Counted from the first letter of the stretch, positions 1-10,498 are shown. The stretch is 58,101 nucleotides of DNA from an uncultured delta proteobacterium (GCA_963804165.1 CAWDPO010000018.1:1-58101), one strand, 5' to 3'. Numbers and translations are program-made. Notes: generated from the letters alone by a model not told the origin.

Positions 1-88
1 ATACCTCAGAGCAACTGACGTGGGTGGAGTCCGGTGATTACGTAACAATACTCCGGCTCGCGTGCTTCAGATTCCCGGTCCGGGGAAC

Positions 89-510
89 CTAGAGACGTAC
101 GTTTGGGGAATTAGAATCGAATCTTGCTGGAGTGGTCCGTCGCCGTCCGGATTGCGAACCGAGCTGTTGAAGGTCTTTCGCCGTAAACATTTGACTATCG
201 CGCTGGCCGAATCGCCGCGCGTAATTTACGGACGCCGAACGAGAACTCCAGGAAATCCGAAACGCGCCGGCCCCGGCTCGGTCAAGGTGATCGCCCAAAT
301 TACGTAAGAGTTGTGAGAGCCTATTTGCGTCTCGCGTGCGTGAAAAAGAACCATTTCGCCTTTGCTTTTGTCCCTGGGTGTCCAGCCGTGAGATATCGGC
401 TGGAGTGAAACGCATGAGTCAGCGAATTGCTGAGCACAAGATAGTCATCACCGGCATTTTCCAACTCAAAATCCGCGACCCTGGCGACTTCCAGCGACTG
501 TGCGATCGCA
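89..510 (-). CDS. Hypothetical protein, probably frameshifted or internally deleted near 415
   Basis: ORF 89..415 plus an upstream segment in another frame (AIAQSLEVARVADFELENAGDDYLVLSNSL). From memory it resembles a recurring hypothetical family; start uncertain. Confidence 0.4.
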
Positions 511-858
511 TGTATAAGTCACGGCTGCCAAAAACTCTTGCAGAAAGTGAGTGAGATCGCTTCAGAGGTATGAAACAAAATTAAATTTTGGAACGCGCGG
601 CGCACATTGTCTTTGCGGGCAAGGTTTAATCGTCCCCTACCCGACTGCGTCCGACAAAACATCTTACGGGTATATAGCCGAACTGGAACAGTTCGTGCAC
701 ATTTGCGGTAATCGAGATAGCCGTTGAAATCCGTGAACGGTTTAAAAGCGCCGTTTTTTTCACACTGGTTTTTTTGCGGCGGGATAAAGTATCCTTGGTT
801 TACACCGGTGTATACGCCGGTTGCTTTAATGGTCGCACGAGAATCGACGGAGGCTGTC

Positions 859-1627
859 TTGGTAGCAGTCAAAAAGCTTGGATATTTGTTCGGATGGCTA
901 TTTGTTTTGATAGCCTCAGGCGTGGCGTTTGCGCAACCAGCGACCGACTATTCCGATCCGCCCCCACGAAGCGACGGCATGGGACTAGTAATGCTCGCGG
1001 TGATTGTGTTGCTCGTCTTGAGTGCCGGGGCAATCATCGCCGGCGTCATTTATCTCTATAAGAGATCCACCAGAAACAGGAGTATCGAATCTAGTCGAAG
1101 CAGCCAGCCCCAGATGCAGGAATCAAAGGCGACCAGTACTCCGCCACCGTCCGCTGATCCACGTGGCAGCGTGTTTATCTCCTACCGTCGTGACGACAGC
1201 GCGGACATTACCGGTCGGATTTACGACCGACTTCTCCAACGCTTTGCGAGGGACGTGGTTTTTAAAGACGTGGACTCCATTCCCCTCGGCATCGACTTCC
1301 GACAACATCTGGAAAGCGCCCTGAGTCAGTGCCGCGTGTTGATAGCGGTGATCGGTGACGAATGGATTGAGCGGTGTTGCGAAAGGCAAACGACGGATCG
1401 ACGATCCCCGTGATCACTTGAGGCTGGAGTTAGAAGTCGCCCTGGGCCGGAATATACCCGTCATTCCCGTTCTGGTCCGAAAGGCGTCGATACCCCCGGA
1501 AGAAGAGCTACCGCCCACGCTGCAGTCACTCGCTTTTCGCAACGGCATTCACGTCCGGCCCGACCCCGATTTCCACGGCGACATGGACCGACTCATCAAG
1601 GGGATCGAGCCGCATTTGAACCGGTAG
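859..1627 (+). CDS. Signal peptide + single TM helix + C-terminal TIR (TIR_2) domain protein, frameshift near 1370
   Basis: GGAGG then TTG at 859; hydrophobic leader ending AFA-Q; TM LVMLAVIVLLVLSAGAIIAGVIYLY; TIR motifs VFISYRRDD, FKDVDSIPLG, then in ORF 1355..1627 RLELEVAL and IPVIPVLV. Confidence 0.8.
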
Positions 1628-1975
1628 CGCAGACGACGCGGATGCCTGTCCCAAGGGCCGATGAAACTGATCGATGAAGATATTTTTATCCTACGCGCGA
1701 CCAGCACTACGATGCAGGGCAAGAACTATGCAGTGCGATTCGGACCCGATTGGGGCCGCGACGTGCAGGCGAGAATCTGACCCGATCCTTTGTAAGACAG
1801 CTAGGTTTTTGCATCGTAAGCTGTAATCCACGCTCTGCCAGCTGAACGGCTCATAGAGTTAATGGAGTCAATGGATCATGAGTTTCTATTCTTGGGAATC
1901 ATCCAGGATTATCGAATTTGACGGTCACTGGTTTGTTTCTGTGGCGATAGGAGAGCTCCATAAACTTTCAGCTCT

Positions 1976-2179
1976 CTAACGCCCGCCCGCCTTTTCGATT
2001 GCCTTGATGATAATTTTTTTCGCTTCCTGGCCGGAGAGATTTGTAACGGTCAAATGCGCAATGGATTCTCGCCGGCGCGTTTTTGTTTTAGCATCGATGG
2101 AAATCTCGGTGATCTGTATTGCCACCCGCGGCGCGCTTCGATTAATAATTGTAATTTCTGTGTCTTTTTTCTTGGCCAA
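1976..2179 (-). CDS. Small basic hypothetical protein
   Basis: 67-aa ORF with GAGGT RBS-like sequence upstream; no motif recognised. Confidence 0.45.
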   Translation of the reverse strand: MAKKKDTEITIINRSAPRVAIQITEISIDAKTKTRRRESIAHLTVTNLSGQEAKKIIIKAIEKAGGR

Positions 2180-2443
2180 GATATCACCTCACAAAATATA
2201 GCCCGTTAAATGTAGAAACTGTGTGCTCGGTGTGTGTTGTTGCCGAGAAGCTGTCATCGACACGGCGATGTTATGTTTTATCCAGTATCATTGTGACAAA
2301 CACATGACAATAAAATAAAGAAAACAGTCCGGTGACATGATGATTTCAGGTTGTACACACCTGTGGATAAAACTGGTGATAACTTCGGTCTTAAGATTCG
2401 ACCACACAATTCAACGGCTTAGCAGATTATACTGAAGGCGAGA

Positions 2444-2471
2444 TTGACAAGGTGTAACGTATTCGTAACGT
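2444..2471 (+). promoter_or_regulatory. Possible sigma70 promoter for the TauE/SafE gene
   Basis: Perfect TTGACA at 2444 and TAACGT 16 bp later; overlaps a GTAACGT direct repeat. Confidence 0.3.
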
Positions 2472-2509
2472 AGCAAAAGATAGTGCAGCAGAATTTTATT
2501 TCCGAGAAT

Positions 2510-3269
2510 ATGCAAGACTTGACCGGCGCGGTGGCAGTGGATCGCAGGCACCTTTCTCCTTGCGGGTTTGGTGAAAGGCGTGGTCGGTATGGGGTTGCCG
2601 ACTGTGGCGATGGGATTGCTTGGACTCGTGATGCCACCTGTCCAGGCCGCAGCGCTTCTCGTTGTCCCTTCTCTGGTCACGAATGTGTGGCAACTCGTTG
2701 CCGGACCGCGGTTGACAGCCTTACTCAAACGATTTGCGACGATGATGTTGGGGGTGTGTCTAGGTACAGCCTTGGGGATCGGGCTGCTGATTGGTGACGC
2801 AACTACACTGGCGGCCACAGCACTCGGCGGCGTGCTTGCCGCTTACGGTGCGATCGGGCTCATCTCGGCTCGCTTTACTGTATCGGCGCGCTCGGAGGTA
2901 TGGCTCTCGCCAGTCATTGGCCTGGTCACGGGTGTCCTGACGGGAGCCACAGGCGTGTTCGTAGTTCCCGCTGTTCCGTATCTGAACTCGCTCGGGCTCG
3001 AGAAGGAGGAACTTGTCCAAACGCTCGGCCTCTCCTTTACTGTTTCAACAGTCGCGCTCGCCATTGCTTTGATGGCAAGCGGGCAGTTTCAAGCATCGGT
3101 GGCGGGCGTTTCGCTCTTGGCGCTCGTGCCTGCCCTTGGAGGCATGTTGCTTGGGCAAAGTATCCGGAACCGACTGCATCCAGAGGTATTTCGCCGCTGG
3201 TTTCTCGTGGGGCTACTCGCGCTGGGCACCTACATGGTCGTTCGTGCATTGAGTTCCGCATACGTCTAA
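2510..3269 (+). CDS. Sulfite exporter TauE/SafE family membrane protein (frameshift near 2540)
   Basis: KGVVGMGLPTVAMGLL and GVLTGATGVFVVPAVPYL motifs, multi-TM. ATG at 2510 joins the main frame after one indel. Confidence 0.85.
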
Positions 3270-3356
3270 TAACCGGTTGCAGCGTTGGGCGCTCGCTGCG
3301 CCGCTTCTGCAACCGGAGCGAGGGGCAGCGCGTAGAACAATTTACTCTGTATCGGG

Positions 3357-3803
3357 GTGCCTGTGGTTTTTTTGATTGTCGCTACGTTGGCTGCCGGCCT
3401 TTTTGCAGGCGCGGCTATCTATGTTAGCGCCGTCGAGCATCCGGCCCGTGTTGGTTGCGGTACGGATCTCGCTGTTCGAGAATTTGCGCCGAGCTATAAA
3501 CGCGGCGCAATTATGCAGGCTTCCCTGGCGCTAGTCGGATGTGTGACGGGCGTTATCGGCGGCTGGCAGCTTAACGACATAGCATCCATCGTCGCTGCCT
3601 TGCTCCTCGGCGCCGTCGTGCCGTTCACGCTGATCGTCATACTTCCGACGAACAAACGCCTGCTCGATCCAGCGTTGGACGCATATGGCGCGGAGGCGTC
3701 TCGCCTGTTGAATCGATGGGGTCGCCTGCATGCCATTCGGAGCGCATTATCCGGTGCGGCTTTTCTGATCTTAGTGTTACGACTGGTGCTCGGCGCTACT
3801 TAG
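3357..3803 (+). CDS. DUF1772 (anthrone oxygenase-like) membrane protein
   Basis: GLFAGAAIYVSAVEHPAR, PFTLIVILPTNKRL, WGRLHAIRS motifs. Confidence 0.8.
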   Translation: MPVVFLIVATLAAGLFAGAAIYVSAVEHPARVGCGTDLAVREFAPSYKRGAIMQASLALVGCVTGVIGGWQLNDIASIVAALLLGAVVPFTLIVILPTNKRLLDPALDAYGAEASRLLNRWGRLHAIRSALSGAAFLILVLRLVLGAT

Positions 3804-4011
3804 CAGCGAACTGCAATCGCCTCTGAAGTTTCCCGCCCCGTCGAGGCTTCCGCATCTGCTTGAACTGAATTAAATTCACCATGTAATCGAACTCGTGCCA
3901 CAGCAAACTGAAGCGGCGTACGGCACACTCTCAATGAGGGAGACGAATACCTGATCCGAATGGCAGCGATCGCTGTTTACCAGGATTCTATAATCAGTTA
4001 CCATTTGCCCT

Positions 4012-5962
4012 ATGGCGGGAAGATCAGATGATCATATTCGAGCGAAATGTTTCCATCCGAGCGGAACGTTCATCGAATTTTGCGAGGATGAGATCGAACA
4101 ATCCATCACGGAGCGGTTTGAAAAGATCGTGCGAAAGTTTCCGGATCGGACGGCGGTCGAAACTAGACGGCACCGTTTGACCTATCGCGAGCTCAATCGG
4201 ACCGCCAACAAAACGGCGCATGCGGTATTGTCGACATGCGGCGATAAAAATCGCTCCATCGCGGTGCTTATGGACCACGACGCGCCGGTCATTGGCGCCA
4301 TCATGGGTGCGCTGAAGGCAGGTAAGTTCTATGTGCCGTTGGATCCCTCGCTTCCCTCTGCCCGCAGCAAGTTCATTGTGGACGACGCCCAAGCGGAATC
4401 CATCATCACCAACTCGAAATATTTGTCGCTGGCAAAGACTTTAATGGAGTCGCCGAGCCGGCTGCTGAACATCGACGATCTTGACGATGTCCCCGATACG
4501 GATCCACTGGTGCGCGTGCGGCCTGACGACCTCAGCTGGGTAATCTACACGTCGGGTTCGACGGGAAGACCCAAAGGGGTAATGCAAAATCATCGCAACG
4601 TCCTCCATTTCATGATGACCTACACGAATGGGATTCATGTCTGCGCGGAGGACCGGTTGTCTCTGCTCTATTCATTCAGCGTCAATGGAGGCGCTCACGA
4701 TATGTTCGCCGCTCTCTTCAATGGCGCGACGCTTTGTCCGTACGACCTGAAGACGGAAGGTTTCGCCGAACTCGGACAATGGTTGATCGACGAGAGAATC
4801 ACGATCTACCATTCGGTTCCTACCGTCTTTCGACGGTTTGCCGACAGTATGACCGGCCGGGAGGATTTCCCGGAACTCCGCATCGTCCGGCTGGGCGGTG
4901 AACCGGTTTACAGGCGAGATGTCAACCTTTTCAAGAAACATTTTTCAACCGATTGTATACTCGTCAACCGCCTGGGAAGCACTGAGACGGGAAGTCTCAG
5001 GATGTTTTTTTTGGACAAGGAAACGGAGGTACAGAACAACTTGGTCCCAGTCGGTTACGCCGTTGCCGACAATGACGTTCTTCTCCTGGACGAGTCCGGA
5101 GCGCAGGCCTCCGGCGATGAAGGCGAAATCGCCGTCCGGACCCGCTACGTTTCCCCCGGATATTGGCGCAGGCCCGATCTCACGGCCGAGTCGTTCTTCG
5201 CCGATCCGGCGGATGAAAATCGAAAAATTTATCGCACCGGGGATTTAGGCCGCATCTTGCCGGACGGCTGTTTGTTGCACCTGGGACGTAAAGACTTTTT
5301 CGTAAAGATCCGCGGCTATCGCGTCGAACTCGACGAGATTGAAATGACGCTGATGGAATGTCCCGGCATTAAAGAAGTTGTCGTGACGGCTTTGAATAAT
5401 AACTCCGGCGACGAGCGCCTTGTGGCTTACGTCGTGCCCAAAACGGCTCCCGGACCCAACGTCAGCGAACTGCGGCGATTCTTGGAAGATAAGCTTCCCG
5501 ACTACATGATCCCGGCCACTTTCCTCACCCTGGATGCCTTGCCCCTAACCGATACTCTCAAAGTCGACCGAAAGGCGCTCCCGAAACCGAACCGGTTACG
5601 GCCGGAGATCGCGGTGCCTTTCGCGATGCCGGAAAACTCGATCGAGGAGGCACTGGTGAAGATCTGGGCCGAGATACTGGAACTCGATCGGGTCGGCATC
5701 AACGACAACTTCTTCGACCTAGGCGGGGACTCCCTAAGAGCTTCCCGAGTTATTTCTAGAGTGATTCAAACGTTTCAGTTGAAGTTGCCGATAATGATGC
5801 TCTTCGACTCGCCGACTGTGGCGCAGATGGCGTTGGTGATCGCCGGCCAAGCTGGCGACTCGTGACGAGTTGGAACGAAAGTTAAGCGAAGTTAAGGTGA
5901 TATCAGACGAGGAAACACAGCGGCGTGTCGAGGAAATTAATTCGAAAATCGCCAACAAGTAG
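4012..5962 (+). CDS. Standalone NRPS-like adenylation-thiolation didomain; short acidic tail shifted out of frame after ~5860
   Basis: A3 YTSGSTGRPKGV, A7 YRTGDLGR, A8 KIRGYRVELDEIE; carrier motif FFDLGGDSL. Tail DELERKLSEVKVISDEETQRR..K* lies in another frame and ends at 5962. Confidence 0.9.
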
Positions 5963-6225
5963 CTTGTCGTTGATTGCCGCCTCTTTTGTCCGTGTGTGCG
6001 ATTGACTCTTCGAGAGAATCGGCGAAAACACGCGCGTAGATGATGGGGCTCATGTCTCCATCCCAAGCCGAAATTTACTGGTATTCCCCTTCGTGCCATA
6101 GGCAGAGAATGATGCTATACCCGCTTCATTTAATGAATTTGACCGCGACTTATTAAAGAAATACTTTCAGGCGGCGCAATATGGCGTCGCTTGAGCGGCC
6201 CATCCACTCCTTGAGTAGCGGGCGC

Positions 6226-6306
6226 AACAATTTACGCTGCATCGGGGTACCCGTGGTGTTTCTGCTTATCGGTACGTTGGCCGCCGGCCCTTTGCAGGTG
6301 CGGCTA
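6226..6306 (+). pseudogene. Degenerate duplicate of the 5' end of the DUF1772 gene (3336-3417)
   Basis: AACAATTTAC.CTG.ATCGGGGT.CC.GTGGT...TACGTTGGC.GCCGGCC.TTTGCAGG.GCGGCTA is shared between both loci. Confidence 0.75.
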
Positions 6307-6419
6307 CTAGCTTCCGAGAACCTGCGTTAGCCGTGGAAGAACACAACACGGCCACGCCGCGGATGCATTTCTACCCCAGCACCCTCACATAACAATCACA
6401 CCCAGCGGCACTTTACAGC

Positions 6420-6740
6420 TCACCTCCTCCGGCGTTTTCGCTGGTCGGCTCTCTTCTTGCCAAAGGACGCAAGTCTCGCGCTCTCTTTGAGCGCCGCTAT
6501 CATCGCGATTACGCGGCCGGGCGCCGGATTGTAACCAGACCACGATTGACGGCCGAATCTCCAGAACCTGAGCCGGCAATCTCGGCAACGGAAGGGACGT
6601 ATCCCCACCCAGCTCGAGGCCCGCTCGCTCATATTCCTGCGGTAAGACGGCCGACAATCGTGGCCGTTGCAATTCGGGCAGATGATCTCCCGGCGGCGAA
6701 TGACCACCGATTTAACCTCTCGCAAACGTCGCTTGCTCAA
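6420..6740 (-). CDS. Small zinc-ribbon-like hypothetical protein
   Basis: CPNC...RCRDC Cys pairs followed by RFW. Confidence 0.5.
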   Translation of the reverse strand: MSKRRLREVKSVVIRRREIICPNCNGHDCRPSYRRNMSERASSWVGIRPFRCRDCRLRFWRFGRQSWSGYNPAPGRVIAMIAALKESARLASFGKKRADQRKRRRR

Positions 6741-6901
6741 TACCCGTGATATAGAAGCAATAATTTGGCCACACGGTTTCGGTTAAGCATGTTTTACTCG
6801 GAAAACGCGGATTGCCCCATTGGCAAAGATATCTTGAGTCTCTTCAGTGTATGTGGAAAACTTCTCCTGGGATAAAATAAACGCTCACAGGAGAAAAATC
6901 T

Positions 6902-7294
6902 ATGAAGTTTCTGGCCTTGACGATCGTGATGGGTTTGATTGCCGGCTGCGTTCACAGGTCTCCGCCGCAGCCCGTGGCAATGCAGCAGGCCACTGATGCC
7001 AACCTGAGCTGCGAGCAAATCTCGGTCGACTATACCGCCAACACGGAAATTGCTAAAGATAAGATCGCGAAGAACAAATCCACGGATGTCCACGATGCGC
7101 TGTGGATTATTTTTGTTTGGCCGGGACTGGCGGACTTTCAAAATGCCGACGGCAGTGAGGGGAACGCTTTGCTCGACCGTAATATCTACCTGCGCGGAAT
7201 GGCCAGAGCGAAAGGCTGCAAGGAAATGGAATCTTGGCCGCCTCAGCCTGAAAGGTACGCTCTTCGGACGACCGGCACTGACCTCGGTGCTTGA
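6902..7294 (+). CDS. Lipoprotein of unknown function
   Basis: GGAG RBS, signal peptide with lipobox LIAG-C, two further Cys. Confidence 0.75.
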   Translation: MKFLALTIVMGLIAGCVHRSPPQPVAMQQATDANLSCEQISVDYTANTEIAKDKIAKNKSTDVHDALWIIFVWPGLADFQNADGSEGNALLDRNIYLRGMARAKGCKEMESWPPQPERYALRTTGTDLGA

Positions 7295-7329
7295 GTCTCC
7301 ACATCCGGAAGTCTGAAGATGCGCCTGTC

Positions 7330-7481
7330 AGGGTGCTGAAAAACTCTCTGGGAGTTCTTCGACCGCCTCAGAGTCTGCTCTGAGTTTATCGAGGGGACGA
7401 ACGGAGTAGGATTGAAACCGCCGAGAAAGTTCCGTTCATGCTGAGCTCGTCGAAGCTTTCTTTGCCTTTTGTCGGCACCCT
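7330..7481. repeat. MITE/REP-like palindromic element, copy 1
   Basis: Ends AGGGTGCTGAAAAA / TTTGTCGGCACCCT (12/14 inverted); internal CTTCGAC..CTCAG / CTGAGCTCGTCGAAG arms. Confidence 0.65.
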
Positions 7482-7727
7482 ACTGGTGCCTCTCAAAAAA
7501 GATATTCTCGCCCGCCATTGAAATCATTTGCGGTGTCGCGCTCAAGAAGCTTTTGTTCATGCGATGCCATCAGCGTGACTAAGCGAGCGGATCAAACCTA
7601 AAGTCTTCTACCTAAGGCTCGATCGGTGCTAAGCGTTTTCCTGGCGAGAGACTTCTGATAATTTTGTCCGTTGGAGTGATACAATACTGACGCCGGCAGA
7701 GTAGCGCGCCAGCGAAGGAGGCAGCCA

Positions 7728-8003
7728 ATGGCGGAAGCCGCATCGAAGTTCAAAGGCAAGCAGGTTGAAGTCGAAATACTCACCGACACGTATAAGATAC
7801 GCGGCACGCTTTTTGTGCCCTTGGCGGGCAAGGACGGCTATAGCGCCCGGCTGTCGGACTTTTTGAACAATCCGGAGAAAGCTTTTATCGCGCTGACAAA
7901 CGTGTACGTGGAAGCATTACCCGATCCCGACATGAAATGGAACGCGCCCTTCCTGGCCGTCAACAAGAGCGTCGTGACGATGGTGCGGGCGATTAAGGAG
8001 TGA
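7728..8003 (+). CDS. Small conserved hypothetical protein (DUF6812-like)
   Basis: AAGGAGG RBS; I-RGTL...RLSDFLN...FIALTN...FLAVNK pattern. Confidence 0.7.
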   Translation: MAEAASKFKGKQVEVEILTDTYKIRGTLFVPLAGKDGYSARLSDFLNNPEKAFIALTNVYVEALPDPDMKWNAPFLAVNKSVVTMVRAIKE

Positions 8004-8301
8004 ACGTAGAGGTATTCGACTTGATCTACCGACGGTCATCAGACGGTTGAATCAATAATTCGATTTGCCCTGTCACTGATCGCGCAACGGGAGAATCTTG
8101 CCGGCTTTAATCTGCGGCGCGGCTTCGGGGCAAGATTCGGTAACAGTTTCGATGAGTCTCCGGGCCTGATCTGCGTCACAAATGAATTCAACAAATTTCG
8201 ACATTCCACACCCCGTGCAGGAGCGTGTCGTATAAAGACAGCTGTTCATGGTATGCACACAGGAAATCGGCCACCCGCTGCCCTTGTCGGTAATCAAGTA
8301 A

Positions 8302-8568
8302 TTAGATTCCGCACGAAATCAAAAGTAAAACATTACATGGCGAGGCGTATCGAGCGTACCAGTTTTCACGAAACAGCCGAAAACCCAAACTTCTAGTATT
8401 AGATTCGGTTAAATAAACCAAACCTTGAGATTGGAGAATTCGGTGGATTTCGCGGAAAATTGCTATCGGATGCGGCAAATATTCGATGACGTTCCTCAGG
8501 TGCACGACGTTGAAAAAATTCATCCTCGAACCGTGCGTTTTCCAGCACGCCCTTTCCGCACAAGGCAT
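8302..8568 (-). pseudogene. Remnant of a class I SAM-dependent methyltransferase C-terminal half
   Basis: FFNVVHLRNVIEYLPHP..FREIHRILQSQGLVYL..N..SLGFRLFRENWY; no SAM-binding N-terminus. Confidence 0.6.
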
Positions 8569-8730
8569 AGCGCTATCGCCGGATGCGAATAGCCACGGGT
8601 AAAGATCGAACGGTGCCCCGGGAAATGGGCCTGCGGTTTCTATCTAACGGCTTTCGATAGGGGTCCACCGAATAAAGCCCACGACCGACATCGATGGACA
8701 TTCTTGACACTCTGAGTTAGATCCTTCTCT

Positions 8731-9486
8731 ATGACGTCCGATGAATTTATCGCCGAACTTTGGCGCTACGCCGCCGAGGTGCCGATGGAGCAACATCCGT
8801 GGTTTGACGGCATCATCAAACACCGCTGGAGCCGGGAGCAAATTATACTCGGTGAAGTTCAGCATTATCTCCGCGTGCGCACCAATCCGATATTTTTCGG
8901 TTATATGGCGGTCAATGCGGTCAGCGCCAAGGAATACGCCGTGATGGACACCGTGCTGGAAAACTTCATGGAAGAGCTCGGCGGCAAACAAACCCACATG
9001 GACATCATGCTGCAGTTTCTTGAAGAAGGCGGTATCTCGCGCGAAGTGGCGGACAATGCCGAGCCGGCGCCAGGTACGCTGGCGGCGATCGAGATGATCA
9101 TCGGCTGCTGCCAGCGGCGATCCGCGCTCGAGGGTGTTGCGATGCTGGCCTTCGTCGAAAGCCAGCTCGGCGGAGCGGGTAAAATATCCGACAAAGTTTA
9201 TCGCGAGTTGACCGGATACTACGGCTTTTCGCCGCGCGCCGCGGAAACATACAAGCTGCACGCGGATGAAGACGAGGGCCACGGCAGCCGTCAGATCGAC
9301 GCGATTCGATTGTTAGCCACCGACGATAAGACTCAGGACAAGGTCCGAGCCGCGGTGAAGCTCGGTTTGACTGCGTTTACGCTCGAATGGGACGGCCACG
9401 TGCAGGCGATGACGGGCAAGAGAGAGTTTTGGGGCGGCGTGGCCGACTTGAACTTGCACCAACCGAAGGTGCGGTTGCCGAAATAA
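8731..9486 (+). CDS. Heme-oxygenase-like diiron enzyme (PqqC/TenA/CADD-like)
   Basis: Candidate metal ligands ENFMEELGGKQTH, VESQ, LHADEDEGH; N-terminal HPWF. Confidence 0.8.
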   Translation: MTSDEFIAELWRYAAEVPMEQHPWFDGIIKHRWSREQIILGEVQHYLRVRTNPIFFGYMAVNAVSAKEYAVMDTVLENFMEELGGKQTHMDIMLQFLEEGGISREVADNAEPAPGTLAAIEMIIGCCQRRSALEGVAMLAFVESQLGGAGKISDKVYRELTGYYGFSPRAAETYKLHADEDEGHGSRQIDAIRLLATDDKTQDKVRAAVKLGLTAFTLEWDGHVQAMTGKREFWGGVADLNLHQPKVRLPK

Positions 9487-9616
9487 AATTGCAGCTTGCG
9501 TCGAACGAGCACCCCCCATCTTCATCTTCCCCCGTCAAAGGGGGAAGAAACAGCTTCAATCTCTGTGGGGCGATTCCCCGCAGTTCGCTGCGTTAAGCAA
9601 ATTCTCTATCCGAAGT

Positions 9617-9771
9617 CCGTCATTCCCGCATGCTTTAAGCGGTGGTTCGACATGGCTCACCACAGGCGAGTTCGGAACTGGACCCCCGATAAAAACATCG
9701 GGAGTGACGCCTTTAAGATGAATCTCATCGCCGAGTTCTGATACCCCGGAGCTTGCTGCGGGGTCATTCAA
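9617..9771. repeat. Composite REP-like element, family 2 copy 1
   Basis: CCGTCATTCCCG.ATGCTT...CACAGGCGAG...GGAACTGG.CCCCCGAT...TTCTGATACCC...GGGGT; homologous to 17996-18156; lies between convergent genes. Confidence 0.75.
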
Positions 9772-9820
9772 TTGAAAAGAATTGGTCTCGGTGAATCGAC
9801 TCGATACCCGAGACTCTCTT

Positions 9821-10042
9821 TCAGATCGGCCATTCTTTGGGCAAATCTTTACGGAGCTTTTGGTACTCCGGATCGTCGCTGTGTTTTGCCTTCAGGCGCT
9901 TGAGCGCCGCGACGACTTCCTTCTGATCCATCTTCACCGCGTTGGAGACCATACCCGTGGTCTCTTCGAAGCCGACGCCTCAGTTGCGTCGTCAACCGCG
10001 CATGCGCGATAGTAGATAAAGATCCTTTTCCTTTGTCGTCAC
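9821..10042 (-). CDS. Candidate 73-aa selenoprotein with U-x-x-x-U motif
   Basis: AAGGA RBS, GTG start, MTTKEKDLYLLSRMRG*RRN*GVGFEETTGMVSNAVKMDQKEVVAALKRLKAKHSDDPEYQKLRKDLPKEWPI. Both internal stops are TGA (9992-9994, 9980-9982); SECIS-like hairpin follows. Confidence 0.65.
9945..9964 (-). promoter_or_regulatory. Candidate bacterial SECIS hairpin
   Basis: GAGACCA-CGGGUA-UGGUCUC, perfect 7-bp stem; loop begins 22 nt after the second UGA and 34 nt after the first. Confidence 0.55.
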
Positions 10043-10069
10043 TGTCGTTTCCTTGAAATTTGGCAACGA

Positions 10070-10495
10070 TTAAGAATCTATTCCGGAGAATCCGACTCTC
10101 TGGGTCGTGATCGATTGGGTTTCAGTCTCCGGTTTGCCGTCGACATTCATCGTAACGCGGATTCGGACAAAAATCCGCCATGGCTCGTCCGAGCATTTGA
10201 CGTGGAAGATCACGAAAGCATTCTCGGTAACGAGACCCGCGGGCTCGTCACAGCGAGCGAAGACCTGAAACATTTTTCGCTCTCCAGGCGCCAAAGCCAA
10301 AGCGGTGGCGAAGCGCAGTTCTTCCGACTTGAATTGCCCATGCGGAAGATGAGCAGACAAAATATCGAGCGCATCGGTACCTCGGTTTTCGATCCGCCAA
10401 GTAATTCTCCAAGGACCGGCCGCGCCTTCCGATTGTGCCGCCGTCTGAGTCAGTTCGATCTCCGGGCCCGGCTCACGATCAGGCTCAGCGCTCAT
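10070..10495 (-). CDS. Conserved hypothetical protein (beta-rich, possibly Ig-like)
   Basis: 141-aa ORF starting 3 bp after the SBP stop; LPHGQFK and ENAFVIF segments. Confidence 0.75.
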   Translation of the reverse strand: MSAEPDREPGPEIELTQTAAQSEGAAGPWRITWRIENRGTDALDILSAHLPHGQFKSEELRFATALALAPGERKMFQVFARCDEPAGLVTENAFVIFHVKCSDEPWRIFVRIRVTMNVDGKPETETQSITTQRVGFSGIDS

Positions 10496-10498
10496 CGG

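Noticed and set aside
2362-2370. DnaA box TGTGGATAA as a replication origin
   Set aside because: Only one perfect box, with no dnaA or rep gene nearby.
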